Shown here piece by piece: positions 27,660 through 40,299 of a stretch of 64,000 nucleotides of DNA; position 1 is the first letter of the stretch; each line of letters starts with the position of its first letter. Both the position numbers and the translations under genes were made by a program. Below the pieces are notes generated by a model, which saw only the letters and a program-made list of their open reading frames with translations, was not told the DNA's origin and ran no database searches. This stretch comes from Mytilus trossulus. Its lineage: Eukaryota. Location: contig NC_086375.1 in NCBI RefSeq assembly GCF_036588685.1, forward strand, positions 58,342,001-58,406,000. Direction: 5' to 3'.

Positions 27660-28370
27660 TACTAATCCATCAGATTCAGGTCTATAGGGACAAGTACGGC
27701 AATTGTCATCAAGGAAAGCTTTAAGTTTGCTGTTGTTTTTTTCCCTATGTCACCATATTGTCCAAGCATTTCTACAAAGTCTTCATTTTCTTCTATCTTA
27801 TCTTTTAGTTCTTTCTTTCCAAGACTCATGGTATACTTAACCAATTTCTTCGGCAGATGGAATTTCTGTCACCCTCCTCTATCTATATACGTAATCAGTC
27901 TCTGTGGATTTTCTCTTCCTCTTAACAACATGTCCAGTTTCTTCGGATGGTAATTGTACGGCCCTCTTACTGTCATAGGAGTTCGAGCGTTGACGCCATA
28001 TGATGGTGGCAACATCTTTTGCATTTTTTGTACTTGTTATTGTACCAGATGATACATCTGTTACAAACTGTGTAGCCCATGGTTCTGGATCATGTGCCTC
28101 CCCCTTTGCCATCCAGAATGCCAATTTCTTGTTCCTTGTAATTTCATTTTTTTTGATATTTTCTTTGTAAGAAGAGTCTGTAAGCTGCTTAAGAGGTCTT
28201 GTTATGGCACATATGTTTGCCTGCTCTAGATTATCTTTTGATCAGTTCATGAAGTAATTTTTGTTGTGTCTAGTTACAATTATGTGTACTCTGTCTAAAA
28301 CAGGCATTTGCTTAGGAAAGTCTGAAATAGCTGTGTAATACCAGCCATATCAAAATTTGTTTAATGATGA
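27660..28370 (-). pseudogene. Decayed coding sequence of unknown family (mirror copy at ~58225-60370, +)
   Basis: About 200 codons readable across one stop and one frameshift: ISDFPKQMPVLDRVHIIVTRH...KKLAFWMAKGEAHDPEPWATQFVTDV / LPPSYGVN...PYNYHPKKLDMLLRGR...QKFHLPKKLVKYTMSLGKKELKDKIEENEDFVEMLGQYGDIGK. Confidence 0.5.
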
Positions 28371-28724
28371 CCTAAGAAAGAATAATGGATATTCGGTCTA
28401 GCCGACACATCATTCAAACCCGCCATCACTTACATGGAATTAGTAGAGATGAGAGATGCTGCTACGCTATTACCAATAATTGAAAAGGCAGTAAAACCTG
28501 ATACCATCATATATTCTGACCAGCGGAAAGCATACTGTAATATACAAACAGAACTTAAACTACAACATGCAACAATCAACCACTCAGTGAATTTTGTTGA
28601 CCATGAAACATGGGTACACACACAAACCATTGAATCCTACTGGGCCAAGGCTAAATACAAGTTCAAAGTAATGAAAGGTGTATCATCAGACCTTCTTCCA
28701 AACTATCTAGATGAAAGAATGTGA
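28370..28724 (+). mobile_element. Merlin / ISXO2 (IS1595-family) DDE transposase remnant
   Basis: RDAATLLPII...PDTIIYSDQRKAY...HATINHSVNFVD..T.VHTQTIESYWAKAK...YLDE are IS1595/Merlin motifs. Confidence 0.88.
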
Positions 28725-29199
28725 AGAGTTCCACATATACATATATATATAAACAGAGTTTATTTTTGAACAAACAAACGATTCCAAAGATTCCACAATA
28801 CCCTGACGGGATGCAAACTACATTGAAAACAGCTTTTCGGGGGTTAAACCAAGAATTAAGACTTCAGATAAAAAAAAAATCTTAATGTCAAGGTCATTAT
28901 TATGCCAAACTCAAACCATCAACTAATTTGGTATAAAACTATTATAAGGTCACCGTTTGAAACCTGAGGTGTAAGGTTATCCTGTACCATACATGTTTTC
29001 CATGTCATTTGCTGATCGGATTTTATAACCTGTATAGGCGCTACAAATAGTGAATCTGTTTCTAACTGACAATTGTCACTGTTTTTAGCCGACACAAGAT
29101 CTTTGTTCGTACAATCAGGACAAGCTTCTCTCTTTCATTTTTCAAAGGGGCGCCTGATAAACCATAAGCATTTGTGTGCAAACTACCACATCGATGTTC

Positions 29200-30460
29200 C
29201 AAAACCATTTTATAAGTATCCAATGAACGTATCCAACGGGCTTTTATACCTTCAGGAATTTTGATTTTTTTTCAGCCAAATCAATGAGGCGTGATCGGTC
29301 CTGACCTTAAAATGTTGACCTAACAAATAATGTCTAAACTGCTTACCAATTGTGACTTCCTGTTAGTAGTACAAAATTTTCTTTGTAAATCACTAAAAGT
29401 TTTACTGATATATGCAATAATTTGTCCTCACCATCTTTGATTTGTGACAAAACGGCATCTATACCATTGGCACTTGCATCAGTATCTTATACATAATCAC
29501 CGTCCTCCCTAGGACAAATCAAAATAGGGACCGACATCAATATCTCCTTCAATTTATCAAAACCTTTTTGAAAATCGTCAGACCTCTTAAAATTTCTAGC
29601 TTTCTTAGTTAACTCCGTGAGAGGGGACTCAATCTCTGAAAAGTTTGGAATATATTTCTGGTAATACCAAGCAAGTCCCAGACAACTTCTGATCTCGGTT
29701 AAAAAGGTTGGAACTGACCAATTTGTTTACAGTCGTCTCAACTTTACTTGGATCACAACTGACATATGTATTAGATACTACATGACCAAAGAACACACCT
29801 TGAGTTTGAAACATTGTACATTTACTTGGTTTCAGTTTCAAATTAGTAGACTTAAATCTTTGAAAAAGCAGTCTCACATTTTCGAAAGTCTTTTCAAATG
29901 TTTCTCCAAAAATAATGCCGTCATCTAAATAGCATAGACAGCGTTCCCATTGATAGCCTTTTAAAACTTTCAATTAGACATTTGAAAGTTTGGGGTGCTC
30001 CACTGAGACCGAAAGGAAGTACTTTAATCTAAAAAAAGACCCTTATATGACGTAAAAGCAGTCTTTTCTTTCATGTCAGGTGACATTTCACATTGCTAAT
30101 ATTCAGACGTTAATTCAATTGTACAAAAGACTATTTCCCCGGAAAGTATCTATAGACTCATCTAGTCTGGGCAAAGGATATGCATCTTTTTTTGTTATTG
30201 CATTTAATGGAAGAAAATCAACACAGAACCTAAATGAGTATTCTTTCTAGTGACTAGGAATATAGGACTGGACCATGCACTTGAACTTGGATCTTTTGCA
30301 TCATTTTCCAACATTTTGTCTATTTGTGTTTCTATAGTTTTTCTTTGAGTCAAAGGAACAACAAGTATAGGTTAAGCATCTCTCTCGTGTCAATGGAATG
30401 TTTTACAATGCAAGTACTACCAGTTTTCCATCAGGACTTGTAAAACTATCCTGGAATTCA
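29200..30460 (-). mobile_element. Decayed Gypsy/Ty3 LTR retrotransposon pol (RT-RNase H)
   Basis: CLCYLDDGIIFG...NLKLKPSKC, DTDAS-like and VRTDHASL-like motifs, with several stops and frameshifts. Confidence 0.9.
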
Positions 30461-31262
30461 ACTTTTATTATTTTTTGTCGAGCCTTCGACTTTTGTCGAA
30501 AAAGCGAGACATAGCGATCCTACATATCAAGCTTTACAGGTTTAAATTTAGACTGAAAACCAAACGGAATCGCATGATCAACTCCTTAAGTAACGAGACG
30601 ATCAAGGGATACCACCTAGGGTAACAGCATCTGTTGCTAAGCATGCATTATATATTCTTTCACGAATATAAAGTTATAAACAGCAAGAATGAAACCTCGA
30701 TCGAAGAAATGCGAAAAACGGTACTAATTTCAGATTAAAAGAATGGACATGTGGGATGAGTGGCCAAATATACGTTTTTTTATTGTTTAAGTATAAAAGA
30801 AAAGTGATACAATGTTTTCAATTTTTTCAGCAGAGAGCATTTTATCTGAAATGAAGGCAATTATTTACCATAAAAAAATGGTCCTTGAAAACCACCATGA
30901 TTGAAAACGTTTTTGACTTTGTTATTGGTATGGAAAAAGATATACTAATGTAAAAGTCAAGATTGCATACTATATCTACCGTTTTATTGACAAAAAAGTA
31001 TGTTTTTGTCATGTTAAGGTGAATAACACAAAGGTAAGGTACCGATTACAGGTGTGTGTACATGATGTTTATTAATGTCTCTCTGTAATGGTAATTTCCC
31101 TATGACCATTTCCCAACTTAAAAATAAACTCGTTTATCATTTTGACAAGACAGGAAAAATATATCAAACTGTCCATTATAACACGGAAACATATTTTTTC
31201 CCGTTTAATTGCGTCGTTGAAATATTTCAAAATTTCATAAAAGGATGATATTGTTTCTTTTT

Positions 31263-31360
31263 TATATAAATAACTTTTTTGTTTTTTGGAAGTGCAGACC
31301 TACTTGGCCCTTTTGATAGAAAAAACCATTATATAGAATAAAGAAGAGAAACATGTGAGT
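31263..31360 (+). promoter_or_regulatory. TATA box and non-coding exon 1 of peptide gene A
   Basis: TATATAAATA at 31263-31272 and donor acat|GTGAGT at 31355. The mirror copy keeps TATAAATA (55396-55403) and acat|GTAAGT (55317). Confidence 0.65.
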
Positions 31361-31634
31361 TCATTTTTAAATATAAAGTTAATGCCATCAATGAAGTTTA
31401 CAATCTCGATTGTCTTTTACCTAAGGGAACAAAGGGGTGGAGTTGGGTGAACATACTTAACATTATTTTAATTGGCTTTCACACATTTCTGTAAAAATTC
31501 GGTACTTTTTTTTGGGGGGGGGGGGGTCTCACAAAATTTGTTATAAAAAATCTTTTCATGTGAAAACATCTATTTACTCTTCCGGATTCAATCGTGAAGG
31601 TCATTTTGATTTAAAAAAAAATATTTTTCAGAAA

Positions 31635-31859
31635 ATGAAGAGTGTACTTTTTATTACTGTTATTGCTGTGACATTATTGTGTGTTGTAAATGGACGGGGT
31701 GGTTCTCCTGGTGCACCAGGAAGACCAGGAGAACCAGGACGACCTGGAGGAACTGATTGGGGGTTTGAAACTACTACTACTTGGCCTATTGATGGAGGCT
31801 GTGGAGGAGAACCTGGTTACCCCGGAGGCCAGGGAGGGAGAGGAGGAAGAGGCTGTTGA
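31635..31859 (+). CDS. Small secreted Gly/Pro-rich peptide precursor, copy A (74 aa)
   Basis: MKSVLFITVIAVTLLCVVNG|RGGSPGAPGRPGEPGRPGGTDWGFETTTTWPIDGGCGGEPGYPGGQGGRGGRGC*. Signal-peptide-like N-terminus; acceptor ttttcag (31631) 3 nt before the ATG; donor GTATGT (31868) 8 nt after the stop; acceptor at 32432; AATAAA at 32507. GC-rich island in AT-rich DNA with an intact paralogue. Confidence 0.9.
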   Translation: MKSVLFITVIAVTLLCVVNGRGGSPGAPGRPGEPGRPGGTDWGFETTTTWPIDGGCGGEPGYPGGQGGRGGRGC

Positions 31860-31892
31860 GGTTCAAGGTATGTGTTCGTTAGAATTAGAAAT

Positions 31893-32080
31893 TATTTACA
31901 ATATATGTTCTATATATTGTAAATAATTTCATGTTAAACTTTTAAACATGTTTAACTTTTTTTATTCGTAACATTTGTTCTATAAAACATTTTAAACTTT
32001 TTTATTCACAATACTTGTTCTAGAAAACATGTTAACCTTTTTTTTATTTACAATATTTGTTCAATAAAACATGTCAATCT
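31893..32080. repeat. AT-rich minisatellite in intron 2 of gene A (mirror at ~54629-54790)
   Basis: Repeated ttttttattcacaatatttgttctataaaacatgtt-like units of about 36-40 bp. Confidence 0.75.
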
Positions 32081-32699
32081 TTTTTAACCTCTGATAATGA
32101 AAGTCTTTTATAGCTGACTATGTGGTATAGGCTTTGCTAATTGTTGATGGCCGTGCGGTGACCTATATTTGTTAATTTCTGTGTCATTCTAGTCTCTTGT
32201 AGAGATTTGTCTCATTGGCAATCATACCACTACTTCTTTTTTTATTATGCGATATCAAAGATTTGAATAGCTTCTATTGATAAGTACAAAGTGGATTCAA
32301 AACAGAGAAAAAAAACACATTATAATGAAGTATTGAACAAAGGTACCATTTAGGTACTTGTATACATTGATTACTTTATAATTTTGCAAATAATATCAAA
32401 CCTGTTCCATTTATTAAGTTATTTCTTTTCAGAATTATTGGTTTCCCCGTCAATAGGGCTATTAGGAGATAGAAAAAGAGTTACCAAAAAGAATTTTGTA
32501 GTTTTTAATAAAAATATTTCAAATACAGCAATCTTATCAATGCATGCATTTTCACTATATGTAAGCGTCAACGTCATTTATAGATTTAACTTTGAGCACT
32601 AATTATGATATTTCTTTAAGAGAATATCTATAATTTTGGAGAAGATGATGCTTCGTTGATTATTGACCTCCAGTGGGAAATTAAATGCATATTCAGGAC

Positions 32700-32975
32700 G
32701 AAAATGTGACACGAATACAATCCATGCTTGTATTGGTAATAGACTGACACACTACGCCTTCTTTTCATAGCTAGTTCACAATTTAACAGTTCTAAAAAGA
32801 CATGTCGACTAAACGGAATCATTATTGTGACTCCAAGACGAATAGTTTTTGTTTTTCCCTGTAATTGCAGCGTGCAAAGCGGGAGGTTCAATTTTTTTCT
32901 CTCAAGTATTTGGTTTTACCTGGCCAAGGAGGATTGAATCCACGACCTCCCACATATGAAGCGAGCATGCTACAT
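32700..32975 (-). mobile_element. tRNA-derived SINE-like remnant (mirror at ~53555-54020, interrupted by an insertion)
   Basis: Minus strand reads tagcatgctcgcttcatatgtgggaggtcgtggattcaatcc, resembling a tRNA anticodon/T-arm with a B-box-like motif, followed by a non-tRNA body. Confidence 0.5.
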
Positions 32976-34394
32976 TGATAGACTGGAATATTAAAATTAT
33001 CAAACAAATCAATACTTTCATATCGTTTTTGTGATATGTTTTTTCCGAAGCTAACTGAAGTCTTAAAATACTTGATATAATATTTAAGGGATGAAGTGGC
33101 TTTTTTTTGGTGATGTGGAGGGAGGAGGGCGTGGTGCTTTAACGTACTTGCACAAAATGTATGACACTTTTATAAGAGTTTTTTACAAGGATATATGATG
33201 TAATCTGTTTTAAGGCGCTCTGTTGTTCTAATTTTATAAGTGAAAAACACAACAGCGACACCATCACAAAAATAGTCCTTAAAAAATACCAAAAAGACAA
33301 ATATCAGTGCTCGAAAATCTTCATAATAAAAATGTACTACGGGAATCGAATATCTAACAAAAACTGGTGATACCAGGTGTTCTTGAAGGGATTAAATGCA
33401 CCGTCCTTTTGCCCATCAGCCTCATCATTACTCATTATATCTGATATGGAACTTTGCAAAAAGTGTTTTATTTTTTATTTGCCCATAGGAAAACATTTCA
33501 ATTGTATGAATTCCATATAACTACAAATACTAAACAGTTTGTAAGTGTGCACTGTTAGTATCCACTATAATACCGACGTTTTGTTGAATTGTCAATCCGT
33601 CAAATTCAGTAAATATATACATGTCGATCAAATAGTCTAGCATTTCTAGGAGGATGGTTGAACGATAACAAACATAAATCGAACAACAAATGTTAAAAAG
33701 GCCAAAATAAGTACAATTTTGAAGAGCAATGAGAGCCAAATATGCAAGAGGTCTTTGTTTTCAAGCTTTTTCAGCTATATTAATTCCAATTATATAACCA
33801 GTCTTGTTGATCTTTTGTCTTGTAAAAGATGTTTCTTGTTTAAATTTTCACATTCGGTGGAGCAGAATCAGCTAACCATACCCCAGCTCTCGAGATAACT
33901 TCCGGTAATAAGTGCGGTTTGTGTTGCTAAGTCCATAGCTTTCCATGCTGTGTTTTTTATACTGTTGTTTCATTTGTCTTTTGGTCCTTATTTGTCATAG
34001 CGTTGTTATTCGAATTATGAAACTTGTACTCTCAAGCTTGACAGTGCACGTGGTTACAAAGCAAACGGTCGAAATCAACAATGACTTTTTATATCCAGTA
34101 AAAATTCTTAATATATTAGTTAAATAACTGCGACTAATTTCAAATTGGTACTGTCTAACTTTAGTGTTTTGTAAGTAATTGTTTTGCTTTGTATCGATCT
34201 GATGAGTCAAACCCTCTTTGAATTATTTTAATCGCCTTTTTGTCTTATCCTGTTACATCACTAACACATGTTTTGGGAGGATGGTCACCTGCAACCACTC
34301 ACAATCCAGGAAAGTAAGGAGCCAGTTATCCAGTGGGTGTCGTTATTTGCACCAACATGGGACGATTGGTTTTCTTGTTTGATACATTTTGTCA

Positions 34395-34617
34395 AGAGAA
34401 GACAAGACAAGACAATCTCTAAATACAATTTATTACAACTTAGGCACACGTATGGTGCTACAAGAGGATAACAATTATACATTAACAATTACATATATAC
34501 GTATACAATTACAAGCAAGACACACAATAAATTAATAATTGATATCATACAATAAAACTGAAATATATTTAGTTGATTTGTTTGCAAAATTCTTAATTGC
34601 AACGTAATTAGAAATTC
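34395..34617 (-). mobile_element. Left-arm-specific 5'-truncated LINE 3' end
   Basis: Absent from the right arm (empty site near 50335-50345). Flanked by tttgtca at 34388-34394 and 34618-34624; the minus strand ends AATAAA...(tgtct)n. Confidence 0.7.
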
Positions 34618-35289
34618 TTTGTCATGTTTGGTCCTTACATATTAATATTTTGTATGGTTTTGCTCATTGTTGAATGTCTTATGGTGACCTATATATCTAC
34701 AAATTTGGTCTCTGGTAAATAGTTACCTCACTGACTATCATGTTACATTTAGTACTTAATGCCTGTTGATTATTGATAGAAGGAGAACAATGATCACTCG
34801 GTCGCGTTCATTTTTTACTTTACAACAGAGGACATGTCGATTTAGAACAGTTAAGTCAATGTCAACAAAATCATTCTTATCTACTTTTCCTTTTCTATAA
34901 GATTAAAAACAAAATGATGAAAACGTCCAATAATATCACTGCAAGTCTTCCAGACTTTGAATGATAACTTTTATTTTTAATTTTTTTGTAATTGTATTTA
35001 AAATGTGACCTTTTAATAATGGGCTTTGAAGAGGAATGTGGTAAGATCGTAACTTCGTAGGATGAACCGAAAACTAAAAAAAGAAAAAAAGAAACTGCTT
35101 TTATCATTATTGAAGTTTGCACGGTGACATTAAGCTATTACCCTCATGTTCATTGATCTAAAAATTAAATCTTTCCATATTTTTTTTTCGCCCATTGCAC
35201 GGACTGTCAAGATTTCGAATCATGACATATATGTTGCATCCAAATCAATCATGAATGAAAAAACATCGGTATCACATTTCGTCAATACG

Positions 35290-36330
35290 AAAATTTGAGA
35301 CACCGATGACGTTTTACAAGGTCTGAGTAGCAGCTGCAATCTTTAGAATATCGTATGAATTGAAAATTGTATACGTCATACGCCAGTGAAGTAAGCACAT
35401 TGATGCTAAGATGAGCAAACTAAAACTTGCAAAATTGACATCGTCTCGTTTGTCATAGATAATAGTACCGAGATGACCGTTGTTTTCAAATTCGAGGTTA
35501 ATGTTTAGAAATGAAGCTGTGAATGTCGTTTCGTAAATCTCGAGTTCAGTAAGATATACTAGTATTAATGGCTAAGGGAAAGAACATCATCAATATACCT
35601 GAATGAGAATTTAAATAATCTAGCTTTTTTATCTTCTTTTTTTACAAGTGTCTGATGGAACTCCGAATCATGAAATTTAACAAAAGGAAATTGGTTTCTG
35701 ATTTCAAGGATGTGTGTTTTGTCGATAAAAAGAGTGAAACGGTTCGTGAAAAAATATCATAGTGTAATAACATATCTCCTTATCTTGCATGGCTCATGTA
35801 CTTGAAATATCATTAAAAACATCTTATTTAGTTGTCTTCCATTATTTAATTTTTGTTATAGAGGATATGTAGTAAATTATGTGTATAATCGTTTTTAGTG
35901 TAACGTTGACAGGCGTTGATAGGACGATACTTGATGAAGGCGTGACAAACTATAACTTTCCTCCAATCAACTACTAGTATCCCATTGAACACAGTGAATT
36001 AAGCGTTGGGGGTGACACGTGATGTTTCATCTCACAGGCATGGTCATTCATATCATTTTCAAAGTAAGGTTGACATTGACAAGTTGCTTTCAGACGCTGA
36101 CACGAGGTTATGTGTAATTCATTCCAAACCTAATTTGTTGCACTTCATAGGTGTAAGGTATTTTTTTTCTTCTTTCATATATACAACTTCCATTTTCTTG
36201 TGTATAATTAAGATAATAAGAATAAAATCAGTTCGCGAGATCTTTTTTAGAGCTGCGGTCCTATGGAAATTGTCTGTTTGATGCATTTACAAAAGAGTTT
36301 TCAACTGGTGAAACTATTATAAAGAATATC
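35290..36330 (-). mobile_element. Decayed Penelope-like RT
   Basis: FRYIDDVLSL and GHLGTIIYDKRDD motifs on the minus strand, heavily frameshifted. Confidence 0.75.
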
Positions 36331-38659
36331 ATTTATCATATATCATCCATTTATTATAAACATTTGTATTGAGTACTATGATTGTGTTTATACATCTAGT
36401 ACAAGATATTCTGATATATTTGATGAGTTGTTATCACCAGTATGAAGCGTCCTCGTGTTTACTATGTATGCTACCTTTTGAATTGGGTAAACAAACTCGT
36501 CGTTCCCGTAATCTCTAGCTGTATATTTAAGCGTTTTTTTTTAAGCGTTCCCATGTTTACAATTGTACTACCAGTTACGTTTAGTAAATCCTCATCTTTT
36601 AATTGCTAGCTTTTTATCTACGCGTCCACATGTTTACAATATATGCTGCCATTTACATTAAAGGAAACAGTACCATGAATCCTTAAGTCTGTAGATGTTC
36701 ATTTATAAACAATATAAAACGTCTTCCTATGTTAACCATAAAGCTACCTTTTGCATTAAGTATACAGTTTCATCGCGCTTTTCATCTATAGCTGGGTTTT
36801 TTTTACATTATGAAATATCCCCATGTTTACATTAAAGCTACTCGATTAAGTAACTTGTAATAATTCATCTTGTGACTATACACTTCCATAAAATATATTT
36901 ATGTAGATAGATAGTAAATGTAGGCAGCAGTTGTTTACCGATGTTTAAATCTCAATCGATTAAGAAGACAAATCTAGTAGCAAACATTAAATGAGGAAAT
37001 CACGTTTACTTCATCAGGGACAAGACCACTGTGTCTTAACCACACCGGCAAAATTTGATCGAACTCGATGGTATCTAACATCCGGCACAATGACGGAACA
37101 TTTAAAATAGACAGAAGAAAGATAGGTTTCTCTTTATTTTCTTATTTTTTTTTTATGATATCGAAGAATATATATAGATATACAACTATTTTCTATTGTG
37201 ATATGCAATATTTTCTACAACCGTTCTATATTAACGGAGAAATAAGTAAAAATGAACGTCAAAATGACGAGTGCAGTGAACCTTGCCTCGAAATTGTTTA
37301 ATTTCTCGTTAAATTGTTCACATTGTACGAAAAGAAAGGTTCTCTTTCTCCTCATCTCGAGACAGTTAAATTTTAGTATTTGGATTGCCAAGCTTTTTAA
37401 ATTAATGAAATTTAACTGTTTAGAGTGGAGAAATATCGTAATACACGAGTTACAGTGGAGGAATCTGTTTCTCTAATGATATTTGTCCTTTCTTTTCAAA
37501 GATTTGAAGAAAGTTGTATATTTTTATGTTACGTCATCAGACATTGTCGCCTTTTTTCATGATGCACAATAGGAAAATTCAAAAGAAACAAAGAACATTT
37601 AACGTCACATTCAAATTTCGACCAATCATTTGCCGCGAACAGATTTTCACTAGTGAGGAGAAATATTTTTCTCACACCGATCAAGAAATGTGAAAATAGC
37701 ACAAGAATTACAGATTTTGCATTCAGCATTTTTGTTATACATTCAGTATCTTTAATCCCAAGTTCACTGAGTAAAACGTTTTGGAATTTTGGGTCCTTTA
37801 TGCTCCTGAGCTTTGTACTTGTTTGGCTTTATAATTTTTTTGATCGGAACGTCAGTGTTAAATTTTATGAAGACGAAACACGCGTCTGGAGTTTTAAATT
37901 ATAAGCCTGACACCTTTAATAACTATAAGATGCAAGCACTCACTGCAATATTGGTTGTTACACCCAATACAACACAGTTGCATTGCGTATAACGTTTTTG
38001 ATATGTCCGTCAGTCTGTCAGACATGATCTTGCCTTCAAAACTCAATTGAAACAACACAATAACATTTCATGAATATTTGTACATGCAGATGATAGGGAT
38101 ATATGTGCATATCGACAAAAATAATGATTAAATATTTAATCAAAAAGAATTTTGGCCTAAATACCACCGCAACAGTTTGTCACTGCCACCCCACAAAACA
38201 GAATTTTACAGCACTTTGTAGTTAGTGAGGACACTATATGTAGATGTGCATATCCAAAGGAAAATTTTATAATATTTTAATGAGTTATAAGTCTTTGAAT
38301 TCCAGTGATAACGGGGGGGGGGGGGGCATGTGGTATGTTAGTGTGCTTACACACAGGTTTTGTTTTCTTATTTTAGTAAGAGGACAACCTCAAAGCAATT
38401 GATATTGAAATTCAAAAACAAAAAGTACAAGTCAAGTTGCTTTTTTTGTATGCAATCCGGTAAAGGACATCCATCCTTGTTGGCGTAGAGAGCGGCTTAC
38501 TCTATATCAGAAGGTTATAGACTATGATCGTGTTTACTAGTAGAATAAAACATACTATACTGGATGACACGTCGCCAAGGATAAAAAGGTGCCAATCGGG
38601 TGTTGTCACCGATTTTATCAGGTGTCAGCAGGATCACCTTACTGTTGCATTTATTTATA

Positions 38660-39580
38660 CTTGCTGCGAGCTTGAGTCTAGAGCGGCATAACTTCATATC
38701 AGTAGGTAAGGTACTATGAGTATGTTAACAATGCTTGCGAGATGGTATCTAGTGTAAAAAGACTTCATATCAGTAGGTCAGGTACTAGGGACATGTTAAC
38801 GGTTTTAGTTGGTTACCCCGATTTTGTTAATTGTCTATGGATTTATGAGCGGTATACTACTGTTGCCTTTATTAAACAATGACTGCAAGATGGAATCTAG
38901 AGCAGCATGATTTCATATCAGTTAGTCAGGTACTAGAAGCATGTTAACGATGACTGCAACATGGAGTCTACAGCGGCATGACTTCAAAGCAGTAGGTCAG
39001 GTACTTTTTGCATGTTTACAATGACTTCCAGCTGGAATCTAGAGTGATATAATTTCATATCAGTAATAGTTAGCAAAAGTACCAGGATTATAATTAAGTA
39101 CGCCAGGCGCGCGTTTCGTCTACATAAGACTCATCAGTGACGCTCAAATCGATTATTTATAAAGTAAGTCAGGTACTAGGAGCATGTTAACAATCACTGC
39201 AAGATGGAGTCTAGAGAGAAATTACTTCATATCAGTACGTAAGGTACTATGTACATGTTAACAATGACTTCGAGCTGGAGTCTAGAGCGGCCTGACTTCA
39301 TATCAGTATGTTATGTATTAGGGGCATGTTAACAATGACTGCAAGATAGAGTCAAAAAAAAGAAATGACTTTATATCAGTAGGTCATGTATTAGGGGCAT
39401 ATTAACATTGACTGCGCGATTGAGTCTAGAGCTGAATAACTTCATATCAGTAGGTCAGGTACTAGGAACATATTTGCAATGACTGCGAGCTGGATTCTAG
39501 AGTGAAAAGACTTCATATCAGTAGGTCAGGTACAATGTGCATGTTTACAATGACTGCGATCTGGAGTCTAAAGCGGCTAG
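38660..39580 (+). repeat. ~71-bp tandem repeat array (~11 diverged units) interrupted by two short insertions
   Basis: Unit gacttcatatcagtaggtcaggtactaggagcatgttaacaatgactgcgagctggagtctagagcggcat; period 71 (e.g. 39368, 39439, 39510). Confidence 0.9.
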
Positions 39581-40299
39581 AACTTTGCTCAGTGCTTGAA
39601 GCACTAAACGCATGCTCGAAATATGAAATCCAGCATTTTGATTGGTTGATTTTTAAAAATGAGTACAAAAACTGACTCGAAAGTTTTATGACCACAAGGC
39701 CTGAGCATAAGGTTAAGTACTATGAGCATATTATAATGGCTGTGAGCTGGAGTCAAAAATCGGCACGACATCTTATCATAAAGTTAAGTACTACAAATAT
39801 AAGCATGCTTACAATGGTTGCGACCCAATCACTCCCGTTAGTGGTTTAGTATCACACCATCATAACATATATGAGAAGAACATGACCTGTATTACACCAA
39901 AAACTGGTTTTAGAATAATTGTGTTTATTTGCGATTCAAAGCTCTATGAGTGAATCAATATTGATATCTTTCAATTGCTGTCTCATTGGCGTTATCCCAT
40001 TTCTAATTTCAAATACCTTTATGGTTACAATTTATTTTACAAATATAATACAATTAGTGATTGACAGTTAGTTAAGGATTTAATACTTCATAAACTCATC
40101 GAATTAAAACCATCCAAGCGCTAGAAAAAAAACCCAGTCATTATGTTCTCTTACGTCTGAAAAGAAAAGAAAAATGTGATATCTTTGGTTTTCGCCAGTT
40201 GATAAGTTCAACGAATATACATGTAAACTACAAACAAAAATCAAATATTCCAAAGCCAAAAATATTATGATTTAATATCTAATATATTCACACATTTCC

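Noticed and set aside
31512-31634. N-terminal extension of the 115-aa ORF
   Set aside because: Starts at TTG before a poly-G run, lies in the predicted intron and is not conserved in copy B. The likely start is ATG 31635.
31690-31926. Alternative-frame acidic ORF (and its mirror 54722-54994)
   Set aside because: Frame-shifted shadow of the Gly-rich CDS; it runs through the splice donor and the two copies' C-termini disagree.
32915-32975. Possible tRNA gene
   Set aside because: Only a partial tRNA-like head with no full cloverleaf; better explained as a SINE remnant.
38660-39580. CRISPR-like regularly spaced repeats
   Set aside because: Whole units are homologous with no unique spacers, the context is eukaryotic and there are no cas genes. 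It is a satellite.
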